NCBI GenBank assembly: GCA_003243965.1
Contig: QHBO01000016.1
Span: 6,778-70,777, forward strand
DNA length: 64,000 bases
Direction of reading: 5' to 3'
DNA from: Chloroflexota bacterium
GTDB taxonomy: Bacteria > Chloroflexota > Limnocylindria > QHBO01
The position numbers were made by a program, and so were the translations under genes. Below are positions 57,100 through 64,000 of this stretch, piece after piece. How positions within the stretch are numbered: the stretch's first letter is position 1; every line of letters begins with the position of its first letter. Below the pieces are notes generated by a model. That model ran no database searches. It was not told where the DNA came from and saw nothing but the letters and a program-made list of their open reading frames with translations.

Positions 57100-58266
57100 A
57101 TGAACCCGTCCGCCCCGCAGCCCAGGCCGCCCGACCGGACCGACCGGACCGACCGATGGGAGACGCTCGACACTCCGGCGCTGCTGGTGGACCTCGACCG
57201 ATTGGAGCACAACATTGGCCGCATGGCCGGGCTGGCGCGCGACGCCGGCCTCGCCCTGCGGCCGCACTTCAAGGCGCACAAGTCGGTGGCCATCGCGCGG
57301 CGGCAGCTGGATGCCGGCGCCACCGGCATGACGGTGGCCAAGCTGGACGAGGCGGAGGTGCTGGCCGATGCCGGCGTCCCGGATGTGCTGCTCGCCTACG
57401 AGCTCGTGACCCCGGACAAGATCCAGCGCGCGCTCGGCCTGGGACGCCGAACGCGCCTCTCGGTGGCGGTCGACGACCCGTTGGGGGTCGCGGCGCTCTC
57501 CGCGGCCGCGAGCGCGGCGGGGGTCGAGATGGACGTCGTGATCGAGATCGATTCGGGGTTGCATCGGTGTGGCGTCCTACCGGTCGATGCTCCGGCGCTG
57601 GGCCTCCGGATCGCGCAGGCAACCGGACTGCGGCTCGCGGGCGTCTTCACGCACGGCGGGCATGCGTACAGCGCCGCGGACGAGGGTGAGCTTCAGACGG
57701 CGGCCGCCGACGAGGCGGGGTCGGTGGTCGATGCCGCTGCGCGACTGCGGGAGGCGGGAGTCGAGGTCAACGCGGTGAGCGTTGGCTCCACGCCGACTGC
57801 CGCGCTCTCGGCGATGCTCGTCAGGCGGCCCGAGTTCGCCGGACTGACCGAGTTGCGCCCGGGGAACTACGTCTTCCACGACGGGATCCAGGTCTCGCTC
57901 GGCGTCGCAACGGCCCAGGACTGCGCGCTCAGCGTGGCTGCCACGGTCATCAGCAGGCCCACCGCTGACCGCGCGGTGATCGACTGCGGGTCCAAGACGC
58001 TCGGCCTGGACCGCGGCGCCCACGCCACCGCACGCCTCGAGCATTTCGGCGAGGTGGTCGGCATGCCCGCGCGCCTGGCCCGGCTCTCCGAGGAGCACGG
58101 CGTGCTCGCGCTACCGCCCGAGCTGGCGCTGGCCGTCGGCGACCGGGTCCGGATCCTGCCGAACCACGCGTGCACGGTCAGCAACCTGGGGCGGGCGTTC
58201 TACGGCATCCGCGATGCCCGGGTCGTGGAGGAGCTGACGATCGACGCCGCCGGCGGGGTCCACTGA
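57100..58266 (+). CDS. PLP-dependent alanine-racemase-fold enzyme (D-serine deaminase DSD1 / D-threo-3-hydroxyaspartate dehydratase-like)
   Basis: PHFKAHK PLP-Lys motif; Ala_racemase_N fold. Confidence 0.55.
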   Translation: MNPSAPQPRPPDRTDRTDRWETLDTPALLVDLDRLEHNIGRMAGLARDAGLALRPHFKAHKSVAIARRQLDAGATGMTVAKLDEAEVLADAGVPDVLLAYELVTPDKIQRALGLGRRTRLSVAVDDPLGVAALSAAASAAGVEMDVVIEIDSGLHRCGVLPVDAPALGLRIAQATGLRLAGVFTHGGHAYSAADEGELQTAAADEAGSVVDAAARLREAGVEVNAVSVGSTPTAALSAMLVRRPEFAGLTELRPGNYVFHDGIQVSLGVATAQDCALSVAATVISRPTADRAVIDCGSKTLGLDRGAHATARLEHFGEVVGMPARLARLSEEHGVLALPPELALAVGDRVRILPNHACTVSNLGRAFYGIRDARVVEELTIDAAGGVH

Positions 58267-58311
58267 GGACCCTCGCAGCTCCACCCGGCAGCGAGGGCCG
58301 CAGGGCAAGCA

Positions 58312-59295
58312 TCACTCCTCCTGCGGGTCGGATGGCATCGGCTCGTCCAGCGCGACGGAGCCGGAACCGGATGTCGGTGGAGATCGTCGCGGAACGCGCG
58401 ACTCGGCGAAACCGTCGCCGCCGGCGTCCGAGGCATCGGGCTCGGCGGGAAGACTGCGGCGCAATCCGACGTGCGGCCGTCGACCAGCGAGCTGCCGAGA
58501 CGCGAGGACCACCAGGAACAGGGCCGTCTCGACCAGCACGATGGTCGCCCCGCTGGCCGCGTCGGCCCAGTAGCTGACGTACAGGCCCACGATAGGTGCC
58601 ACGATCCCGATCCCGGCCGCCACCAGCAGCAACCGGCCGAAGCTCCGGGTCAGCAGCTGCGCGGTGGCAGCCGGCGTCACCAGCATGGCGACCACCAGGA
58701 TGATCCCGACTGCCTGCAGGCTGACCACGATGGTGATCGCGATCAGCGCCAGGAACAGATAATCGAGCCGCGCGACCGGCAGGCCGGACGCCGCGGCGCC
58801 GAGGGGGTCGAACGTCGCGTACAGCAGCTCCTTCCACAAGATCGCGACCGCGGCAAGCACGGCGACCGCCAGCGCCACCAGCGCCAGCAGGTCTCCGAAT
58901 CCGATCCCCAGCACCTCGCCGAAGAGGAATCCAAAGAGATCGCCAACGTAGTTCGGGATGAGGCTGAACAGGAAGACACCCAGCGCGAACATCCCGGCGA
59001 ACAGGACACCGATGGCCGTGTCGCCCCGCAGCCCCCCGCGGCGCGTGACCCAGCCGATCAGCAGCGCGGTGGCCACCGACGCGACCGCCGCACCGATGTA
59101 GAACGGGCCCTTGAGCATGTAGGCGACCACCACGCCGGGGAAGGCGGCGTGGCTCAGCGCGTCGCCCATGAAGGCCAGGCCGCGCAGCACCATGTAGCTG
59201 CCCACCACGGCGCACACCAGGCCGACGACCGCCGATGCGGCCAGGGCGCGGAGGAAGAAGTCGTAGCCGAGTGGGTCGAGGATCGGCCCCATCAC
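58312..59295 (-). CDS. znuB: metal ABC transporter permease (ZnuB/MntB family)
   Basis: ABC-3 permease topology; 4-nt overlap with the ATPase gene. Confidence 0.7.
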   Translation of the reverse strand: MMGPILDPLGYDFFLRALAASAVVGLVCAVVGSYMVLRGLAFMGDALSHAAFPGVVVAYMLKGPFYIGAAVASVATALLIGWVTRRGGLRGDTAIGVLFAGMFALGVFLFSLIPNYVGDLFGFLFGEVLGIGFGDLLALVALAVAVLAAVAILWKELLYATFDPLGAAASGLPVARLDYLFLALIAITIVVSLQAVGIILVVAMLVTPAATAQLLTRSFGRLLLVAAGIGIVAPIVGLYVSYWADAASGATIVLVETALFLVVLASRQLAGRRPHVGLRRSLPAEPDASDAGGDGFAESRVPRRSPPTSGSGSVALDEPMPSDPQEE

Positions 59296-60122
59296 CGTCG
59301 GTGGCCCTCGTGGAAGTGGTGCTCGCCACCGCTCGCCGTGTCGTGGTGATGGGCGTCGTCGAGGATCACGGCCCGGTCGCGGAGCACCAGCATGTGGCCA
59401 CCGTACGTGCGGCTCAGCACATCGGGATCCAGCACCAGATCCGAGGGACCCACGGCGATCACGTGGCCGTTCAGTGCCACGACCGTGGTGAAGTGCTCCG
59501 CGGCGGCCGCGAGGTCATGCGTCGTCGCAATGGCGGTGCGCCCCGCGGCCGTCTCCGCGGTCAGCAGCTCCATCAGGTCCTCCTGGGTGGTGAGGTCGAC
59601 CCCGGTCACCGGCTCGTCGAGCAGGTAGAGATCCGGCTCCGCGGCGATGGCGCGCGCAAGGAACGCCCGCCTCCGCTGGCCGCCGGACAGGGCGCCGATC
59701 TGCACGCTGCGGCGGTCGATCATGCCCACCCGCTCGAGCGCGGCGCTCACCGCGGAGCGGTCGGCTCGCCCCGGCCGACGCCAGGGACCGAGGCGCGGGA
59801 AACGGCCCATCATCGCCACGTCCCAGACGCTGACCGGGAACGACCAGTCGACCATCTCCGCCTGTGGCACGTAGGCCACTCGGCGCGCCTCGCGTCCGGG
59901 GGCGGCGCCGAGCACCTCGACGCTGCCGCTCCACGGCACCACCAGCCCGGCGATCAGCTTCAGCAACGTGGACTTGCCACCGCCGTTCGGACCGAAGATG
60001 GCCACCAGCCCACCGGGTGGGATCTCGAGCGTCACGTCGTCGAGCGCCGCGCGCTGGTCGTAACCGGCGCTGACGTCCGCCAGCCGGACGGCGCTCTCCG
60101 ACGCGGCTGCATCGGTCCTCAT
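59292..60122 (-). CDS. znuC: metal ABC transporter ATP-binding protein with His-rich C-terminal tail
   Basis: GPNGGGKST, LSGGQRRR, LLDEP; C-terminal HHHDTASGGEHHFHEGH. Confidence 0.8.
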   Translation of the reverse strand: MRTDAAASESAVRLADVSAGYDQRAALDDVTLEIPPGGLVAIFGPNGGGKSTLLKLIAGLVVPWSGSVEVLGAAPGREARRVAYVPQAEMVDWSFPVSVWDVAMMGRFPRLGPWRRPGRADRSAVSAALERVGMIDRRSVQIGALSGGQRRRAFLARAIAAEPDLYLLDEPVTGVDLTTQEDLMELLTAETAAGRTAIATTHDLAAAAEHFTTVVALNGHVIAVGPSDLVLDPDVLSRTYGGHMLVLRDRAVILDDAHHHDTASGGEHHFHEGHRR

Positions 60123-61042
60123 CGGAGCGCCTCGACCAGCTGCTGTGTGTCCCAGCGGATGACTGCCTCATAGCTCGTCACCGGCGGGTCTCCCAAGCTG
60201 TCGTCATACAGATTGGCCACCACCCGGGTCCCCGTCTCGGCGGCGAGCTGGTCGGCCAGCTTGGCCGGGAACTGACGCTCACTGAAGATCGCCTTCACGC
60301 CGGCCTGCCGGATCGCGCCGACCAGCTGTGCGGTGTACCCGGCGCTGGGATCCTGACCCGGAGCAGGCACCGCGACCCCGACGATCGTGATCCCGTAGGC
60401 CCGCGCGTAGTACGGGAACGCGTCGTGGAAGGTCACGATCCGGCGGTTGGTGACCGGGACGCCGCCGACCTGCTCCCGGACCCAGCGGTCGAGCGCGGCG
60501 AGACGGCTGCGGTAGGTGGCCGCCTGCGACCGATAGCGCGCGCCGTTGGCAGGATCCGCCCGCTCGAGGCCACCGAGGATCCGGTCCACGTAGAGCTGCC
60601 CGTACCCGACGTCCATCCACAGGTGTGGATTCTGACTCCCCGACCGATCCGAACCGATGAGCTGGACGCCCGACAGGCCCTCGGCCAGCTTGATGAGTGG
60701 CGTGGAGGCCTGGGCGGCGTTGCCCATCGTCCTCTGCAGCCAGTCGTCGAATCCCAGCCCGTTCATGACCAACAGGCGCGCGCCGGCCACCGCGCGGATA
60801 TCGCTCGGCCGTGGCGCGAAGGTGTGCACGTCGCCGTTGGCCGGCACCAGGCTGGTGACATTCACCAGGTCGCCGCCGACGTTACGCACCATGTCGGCAA
60901 ACACGGTGGTGGTGGTTACCACGGGGAGCCGTCCGCCGCTTCCCGGGGAGCTGGCGACCGATCCGGAGCCGATGCTGCACGCGCTGAGGACCCCGCCGAC
61001 CAGCAGCGCCAGGGCCGGCCGAGTGCGTCCGATGGGCCTCAT
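60119..61042 (-). CDS. znuA: metal-binding lipoprotein (ZnuA/TroA cluster-9 SBP)
   Basis: Lipobox LSAC; His-containing metal site residues; ATGA overlap with zur. Confidence 0.65.
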   Translation of the reverse strand: MRPIGRTRPALALLVGGVLSACSIGSGSVASSPGSGGRLPVVTTTTVFADMVRNVGGDLVNVTSLVPANGDVHTFAPRPSDIRAVAGARLLVMNGLGFDDWLQRTMGNAAQASTPLIKLAEGLSGVQLIGSDRSGSQNPHLWMDVGYGQLYVDRILGGLERADPANGARYRSQAATYRSRLAALDRWVREQVGGVPVTNRRIVTFHDAFPYYARAYGITIVGVAVPAPGQDPSAGYTAQLVGAIRQAGVKAIFSERQFPAKLADQLAAETGTRVVANLYDDSLGDPPVTSYEAVIRWDTQQLVEALR

Positions 61043-61497
61043 CGGTCTGGCTTCATCTCGCGGCCAGCCGCCAGGCATTCGGGACACGTGCCGAACAGCT
61101 CCAGACGATGAAAGTCGAGCCGATACCCAGTCTGGCGCGCAGCGGCCAGCAGCGCGCCGTCGAGCGTCTGCTCGGCCACCTCGACGGAAAGACCGCAGCT
61201 CGCGCAGACGAGGTGATGGTGATGCCCCATCTCGCAGCGCACGTACGCGTGCGCGCCCGATGGCAGGTCGACCCGCTCGATGAGCTGCAGCTCCTCCAGG
61301 AGCTCGAGCCCCCGAAACACGGTGGCGCGCGCCAGCGGCCGTCGGCGGCGACGTGCGACAGCAAGCAGCTCCTCCGCGGTGAAGTGGCCTCTGCGCTCGT
61401 CGACGAGTACCGCCAGCTGTCGGCGCGGCCCCGTCAATCGGTGGCCCGTCCGGCTGAGCGCGGTGAGGATGCGCGCCTGCCTCGACATGCGCGGCAT
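61039..61497 (-). CDS. zur: Fur-family metalloregulator (Zur-like)
   Basis: Winged-helix N-terminus; HHHH and CxxC...CxxC metal sites; first gene of the operon. Confidence 0.7.
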   Translation of the reverse strand: MPRMSRQARILTALSRTGHRLTGPRRQLAVLVDERRGHFTAEELLAVARRRRRPLARATVFRGLELLEELQLIERVDLPSGAHAYVRCEMGHHHHLVCASCGLSVEVAEQTLDGALLAAARQTGYRLDFHRLELFGTCPECLAAGREMKPDR

Positions 61498-61504
61498 GCT
61501 ACCT

Positions 61505-61528
61505 CTATTCGAGACTGAGTCGCAATAG
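61505..61528. promoter_or_regulatory. candidate Zur operator: imperfect palindrome CTATTCGAGACTGAGTCGCAATAG
   Basis: AT-richer inverted repeat 8–30 bp upstream of the zur start codon. Confidence 0.3.
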
Positions 61529-61830
61529 TCGTCCCCGTTGGGCGGCGACCCGCGCACCGCGTGGCCAAGGCCGAGCCCACGACGCGGCCCGCCGTGGGTC
61601 AGTCCCGTCAGGACATCGAACGGCACGTGGGACGACCTGCCGAGGCAGGTGCGGCGTCCATTTCGGCCTGACAGGACCATTCAGCGCCGCTGGCTGGCCG
61701 CGACGTGCGAACTGATGTCCCGACAGGACTGCGGACCCCTCCGCAACGCATTCGGTGGCCAAGGCCTCGGGAATCCCCCGGTAACGGCCTCGGTACCGGG
61801 TCTCGGCAACGGCCCGGCCGTCCGGGAGAG

Positions 61831-62376
61831 CTACCTCGCCGGGGCTCCCCGCCGGACTCGGTCCCGCGCCGGGCGCGATGCCGCGCGGTGGCGCGCGATT
61901 CCAACGCCCACAACGCCCAGCGCGCTCAGGCCGCTCAGCGCCAGGAGCATCCTGCCGAGCGCTGCCGCCGGCCCGGGATTCGACGACATGGCCGCATCGG
62001 GCAGGGAGCCGCCCGTCACGGTCAGGGTCGCAAACGCGCCGCACTCGGTGGCGCGAAGGATCCCCCACACCGTCCAGGTTCCCTCGTCGCCACGCTGCGC
62101 GGTGAACTTGACGCTGAACGACGTGCCGGGCGGCGTGGTGGCGGCCGGGGCCGCGGTCTCTGACGGCCGGGCATTCGCGCCGCGCACCAAGAAGATCTCC
62201 GCGCCGCCGAAGTTGCCCGACACGGTGAACTGCTGGCCAACCGCCACCACGCTCGGCCGAACGTTGACCGCGCAGGTCGACTGCGCCGCGGCCGTCCCCG
62301 ACAGGGCGATGCTGACCAGCGCGGCGGCGATCCCGCCCGCGCTCCATCGTGCTGCTCGGCTTCGCATTCCGCTCAT
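61831..62376 (-). CDS. secreted protein with signal peptide and C-terminal hydrophobic anchor
   Basis: Internal ATG gives signal peptide ...LSGTAAAQ; C-terminal LLALSGLSALGVVGVGIARHR. Confidence 0.35.
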   Translation of the reverse strand: MSGMRSRAARWSAGGIAAALVSIALSGTAAAQSTCAVNVRPSVVAVGQQFTVSGNFGGAEIFLVRGANARPSETAAPAATTPPGTSFSVKFTAQRGDEGTWTVWGILRATECGAFATLTVTGGSLPDAAMSSNPGPAAALGRMLLALSGLSALGVVGVGIARHRAASRPARDRVRRGAPAR

Positions 62377-62506
62377 GAGGTCCCTCCCATCCCAGTCTGC
62401 CGAGCGCCACGGGGCGCGCCGCACCCACACGCTACGCGGTCACCACGACCCCGGTCAAGAAGCGCTGTACCGATGCCACCCGGCGTCCACCGGACGCCCC
62501 ACCGGC

Positions 62507-63586
62507 CTAGAGGGTGACGCGCAGCGCGTCGGCGGTGGTCACCAGCCAGGTCTGCTCCCCGGCCTGCACGAGCGTCCAGCTTCCCTGCCCGCGATTGCCG
62601 AGCAGCAGCGGCGCACCAACGGGCGCACCGTTGACATCGAGCCGTTGCAGGACCCCAGGCGCGAAGGCGGTCCAGATGGCGCCCAGCAGCGGCGCGATGA
62701 AGGTGTGCAGCACCGGCGAGCGACGCTCCACGCCTCGAGCGCCAAGCACCAGGATGCGGCCCGCGCTTTCCTCATCGGGATGATTGGCCCCGGCCACGAT
62801 CACGCATTGGCCGTCGGCATCGGTCGGTGGCGAGCTGCCATCGGCGACCGCCAGCTCCTGGACGAGCTTCCCCGAGGCGGCGTCGAGACGCTGCAGGACC
62901 GTGGCTGGCGGCGTGGCCTCGGGGTCCGGGGTCCGGGCCACCCACAGGCTGCCGCAGGCGACCGCCGGGACACCGCTGAAGGGAAAGGTGGCGACCACTC
63001 GACCCGTCGCCGCGTCAATGCGCCGCAGCGGGCCGCCGCCCACCTGGGCGCCGGGCACGAAGACGCCGCCAAAGCCCGCCACGATGCGGCCGCCGATCTC
63101 GATCGGCAGCGTCTGCACCACGCGGTTCAGCGCCGGATCGATGCGCGACAGGGTGTTGGCGCCGCTTGCGCCGGTCTGCGTGCTCCCCGAATTGGCGACC
63201 CATACCGATCCGCCGGCAACGGCCACCGAGCCGGGGAAGGTGCCCATCGCGATCCGAGCCGTGACTCGTGCCGAGCTCGTGTCGACGCGCAGCAGCCAGC
63301 CGTGCGGTTGACCGATGACCGGGATCCACAGCGATCCGAAGCCGGCCACCGTCTCTCCGGCCTCGACGCTCTCGGCCCCGCTCGGCCGCAGCGGCACCCG
63401 GGCGGTCACCGCTACCGGCCGCGGTGAGAGCGCTGCGCTGGGCCGAGCTGAGGCGCTGAAGCCGGCAGCCGATCCTGTCGGACCCACGGACGGGCTGGGA
63501 GCAGCCGAGCCCGTGTGTTCCACCGATGGCGACGAGCAGCCCACCATCAGCACGGCCAGCGTCGCGGCCATGGTCCCTCTCGTCAC
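62507..63586 (-). CDS. lipoprotein, probable beta-propeller-like repeat protein
   Basis: Lipobox LMVGCSS; Gly-rich repeated strands; unknown function. Confidence 0.4.
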   Translation of the reverse strand: MTRGTMAATLAVLMVGCSSPSVEHTGSAAPSPSVGPTGSAAGFSASARPSAALSPRPVAVTARVPLRPSGAESVEAGETVAGFGSLWIPVIGQPHGWLLRVDTSSARVTARIAMGTFPGSVAVAGGSVWVANSGSTQTGASGANTLSRIDPALNRVVQTLPIEIGGRIVAGFGGVFVPGAQVGGGPLRRIDAATGRVVATFPFSGVPAVACGSLWVARTPDPEATPPATVLQRLDAASGKLVQELAVADGSSPPTDADGQCVIVAGANHPDEESAGRILVLGARGVERRSPVLHTFIAPLLGAIWTAFAPGVLQRLDVNGAPVGAPLLLGNRGQGSWTLVQAGEQTWLVTTADALRVTL

Positions 63587-64000
63587 GGAGCGCCGGACGC
63601 TTCCAGGGCGCGCCGCACCGCCGGGGCGACTTGGGTGCCCAGGAGCTCGATCGATCGCATGATCCGGTCGTGTGGCAGGCCGCCGCCGATGATCTGCAGC
63701 AGGAATCGGTCGTGGTGGAAGAGCTCGTGCTGGAAGAGGATCTTCTCGATCACCTCGGCCGGGCTACCCACGAAGTTCGCGCCGCGCAGCGTGCGCGAGG
63801 CATCGAACGATTCGCGGTCCATCGGAGGGAATCCCCGCTCGCGACCGATGCGGTTCATGACCGCGGCGAGGGGCGCGTACGCCTCATCGGCCGCCTGTTG
63901 AGAGGTATCGGCGACGTACCCGTGCGAGTTGATGCTGACCGCCGGCGCAGGATCGTGGCCGGCGGCGCGTGCCGCGCGACGGTGGAGCTCCACGAAGCCG
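63583..64000 (-). CDS. LLM-class flavin/F420-dependent oxidoreductase (C-terminal part; N-terminus beyond window end)
   Basis: C-terminal luciferase-like segment; ORF runs off the window. Confidence 0.45.
   Translation of the reverse strand, partial: GFVELHRRAARAAGHDPAPAVSINSHGYVADTSQQAADEAYAPLAAVMNRIGRERGFPPMDRESFDASRTLRGANFVGSPAEVIEKILFQHELFHHDRFLLQIIGGGLPHDRIMRSIELLGTQVAPAVRRALEASGAP

Noticed and set aside
54009-57689. 1226-aa plus-strand ORF
   Set aside because: It spans three genes that lie on both strands (XdhC-like, FAD oxidase, YihY). The translation is Arg/Gly/Ala/Pro-rich low-complexity sequence typical of out-of-frame or antisense reading in 70% GC DNA, with no domain signatures.
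58178-59329. 383-aa minus-strand ORF
   Set aside because: Alternate frame of znuB; the chosen frame shows canonical ABC-3 permease helices.
61538-63427. 629-aa plus-strand ORF
   Set aside because: Antisense of the two secreted/lipoprotein genes downstream of zur; no motifs.
1-64000. Search for CRISPR arrays, tRNA/rRNA genes, IS elements, integrases or phage genes
   Set aside because: I found no regularly spaced direct repeats, no cloverleaf-sized low-GC islands in the few intergenic gaps and no transposase, integrase or capsid-like translations. The window looks like core chromosome rather than a mobile island.

Overview
High-GC (about 70%) bacterial chromosomal segment with around 60 tightly packed genes. 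I found no rRNA, tRNA, CRISPR array, transposase or integrase. The many very long ORFs in the six-frame track are mostly antisense or frame-shifted shadows of real genes, which is expected at this GC content. Calls rest on codon-frame continuity, recognisable family motifs in the translations, start-site context (ribosome-binding sites and 4-nt stop/start overlaps) and operon logic.

Main content:
(1) asd and hom are translationally coupled.
(2) A coenzyme-F420 operon on the minus strand has the order PPOX-like, two tandem LLM oxidoreductase paralogs, cofD, cofC, then a stand-alone cofE. A Ser/Thr kinase follows it.
(3) Pyrimidine/hydantoin catabolic genes are scattered: mmsA, dihydropyrimidinase, a carbamoylase-type CN-hydrolase paired with an LLM, a class-III aminotransferase, and a NitT/TauT ABC importer with an NMT1/THI5-like binding protein.
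(4) An ECF sigma/anti-sigma pair has an anti-sigma extracytoplasmic domain that is a paralog of the lipoprotein encoded immediately upstream. This is the most unusual module in the window.
(5) A cell-envelope cluster contains an MprF-like aminoacyl-phosphatidylglycerol synthase C-domain protein overlapping a membrane-anchored esterase, followed by a MarP-like CvpA–trypsin protease.
(6) pntAa-pntAb-pntB.
(7) Two ABC-2 exporter pairs flank a macro-domain gene and a FAD oxidoreductase.
(8) An 890-aa protein fuses a class III adenylate cyclase to a STAND ATPase and TPR repeats.
(9) A second ECF sigma/anti-sigma pair.
(10) hutI, a class-I pyridine-nucleotide disulfide oxidoreductase, moaA, an XdhC-like gene and a FAD-linked oxidase.
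(11) A zur-znuA-znuC-znuB operon with a candidate palindromic operator.

Taxonomy is uncertain; the content suggests Actinobacteria or Chloroflexi. The stand-alone CofE, lacking the FbiB C-terminal domain, argues against a mycobacterial-type lineage. My positions counted on the sequence lines differed by one base from the ORF track in one region (around 8.2 kb), so boundaries I derived myself may be off by 1.
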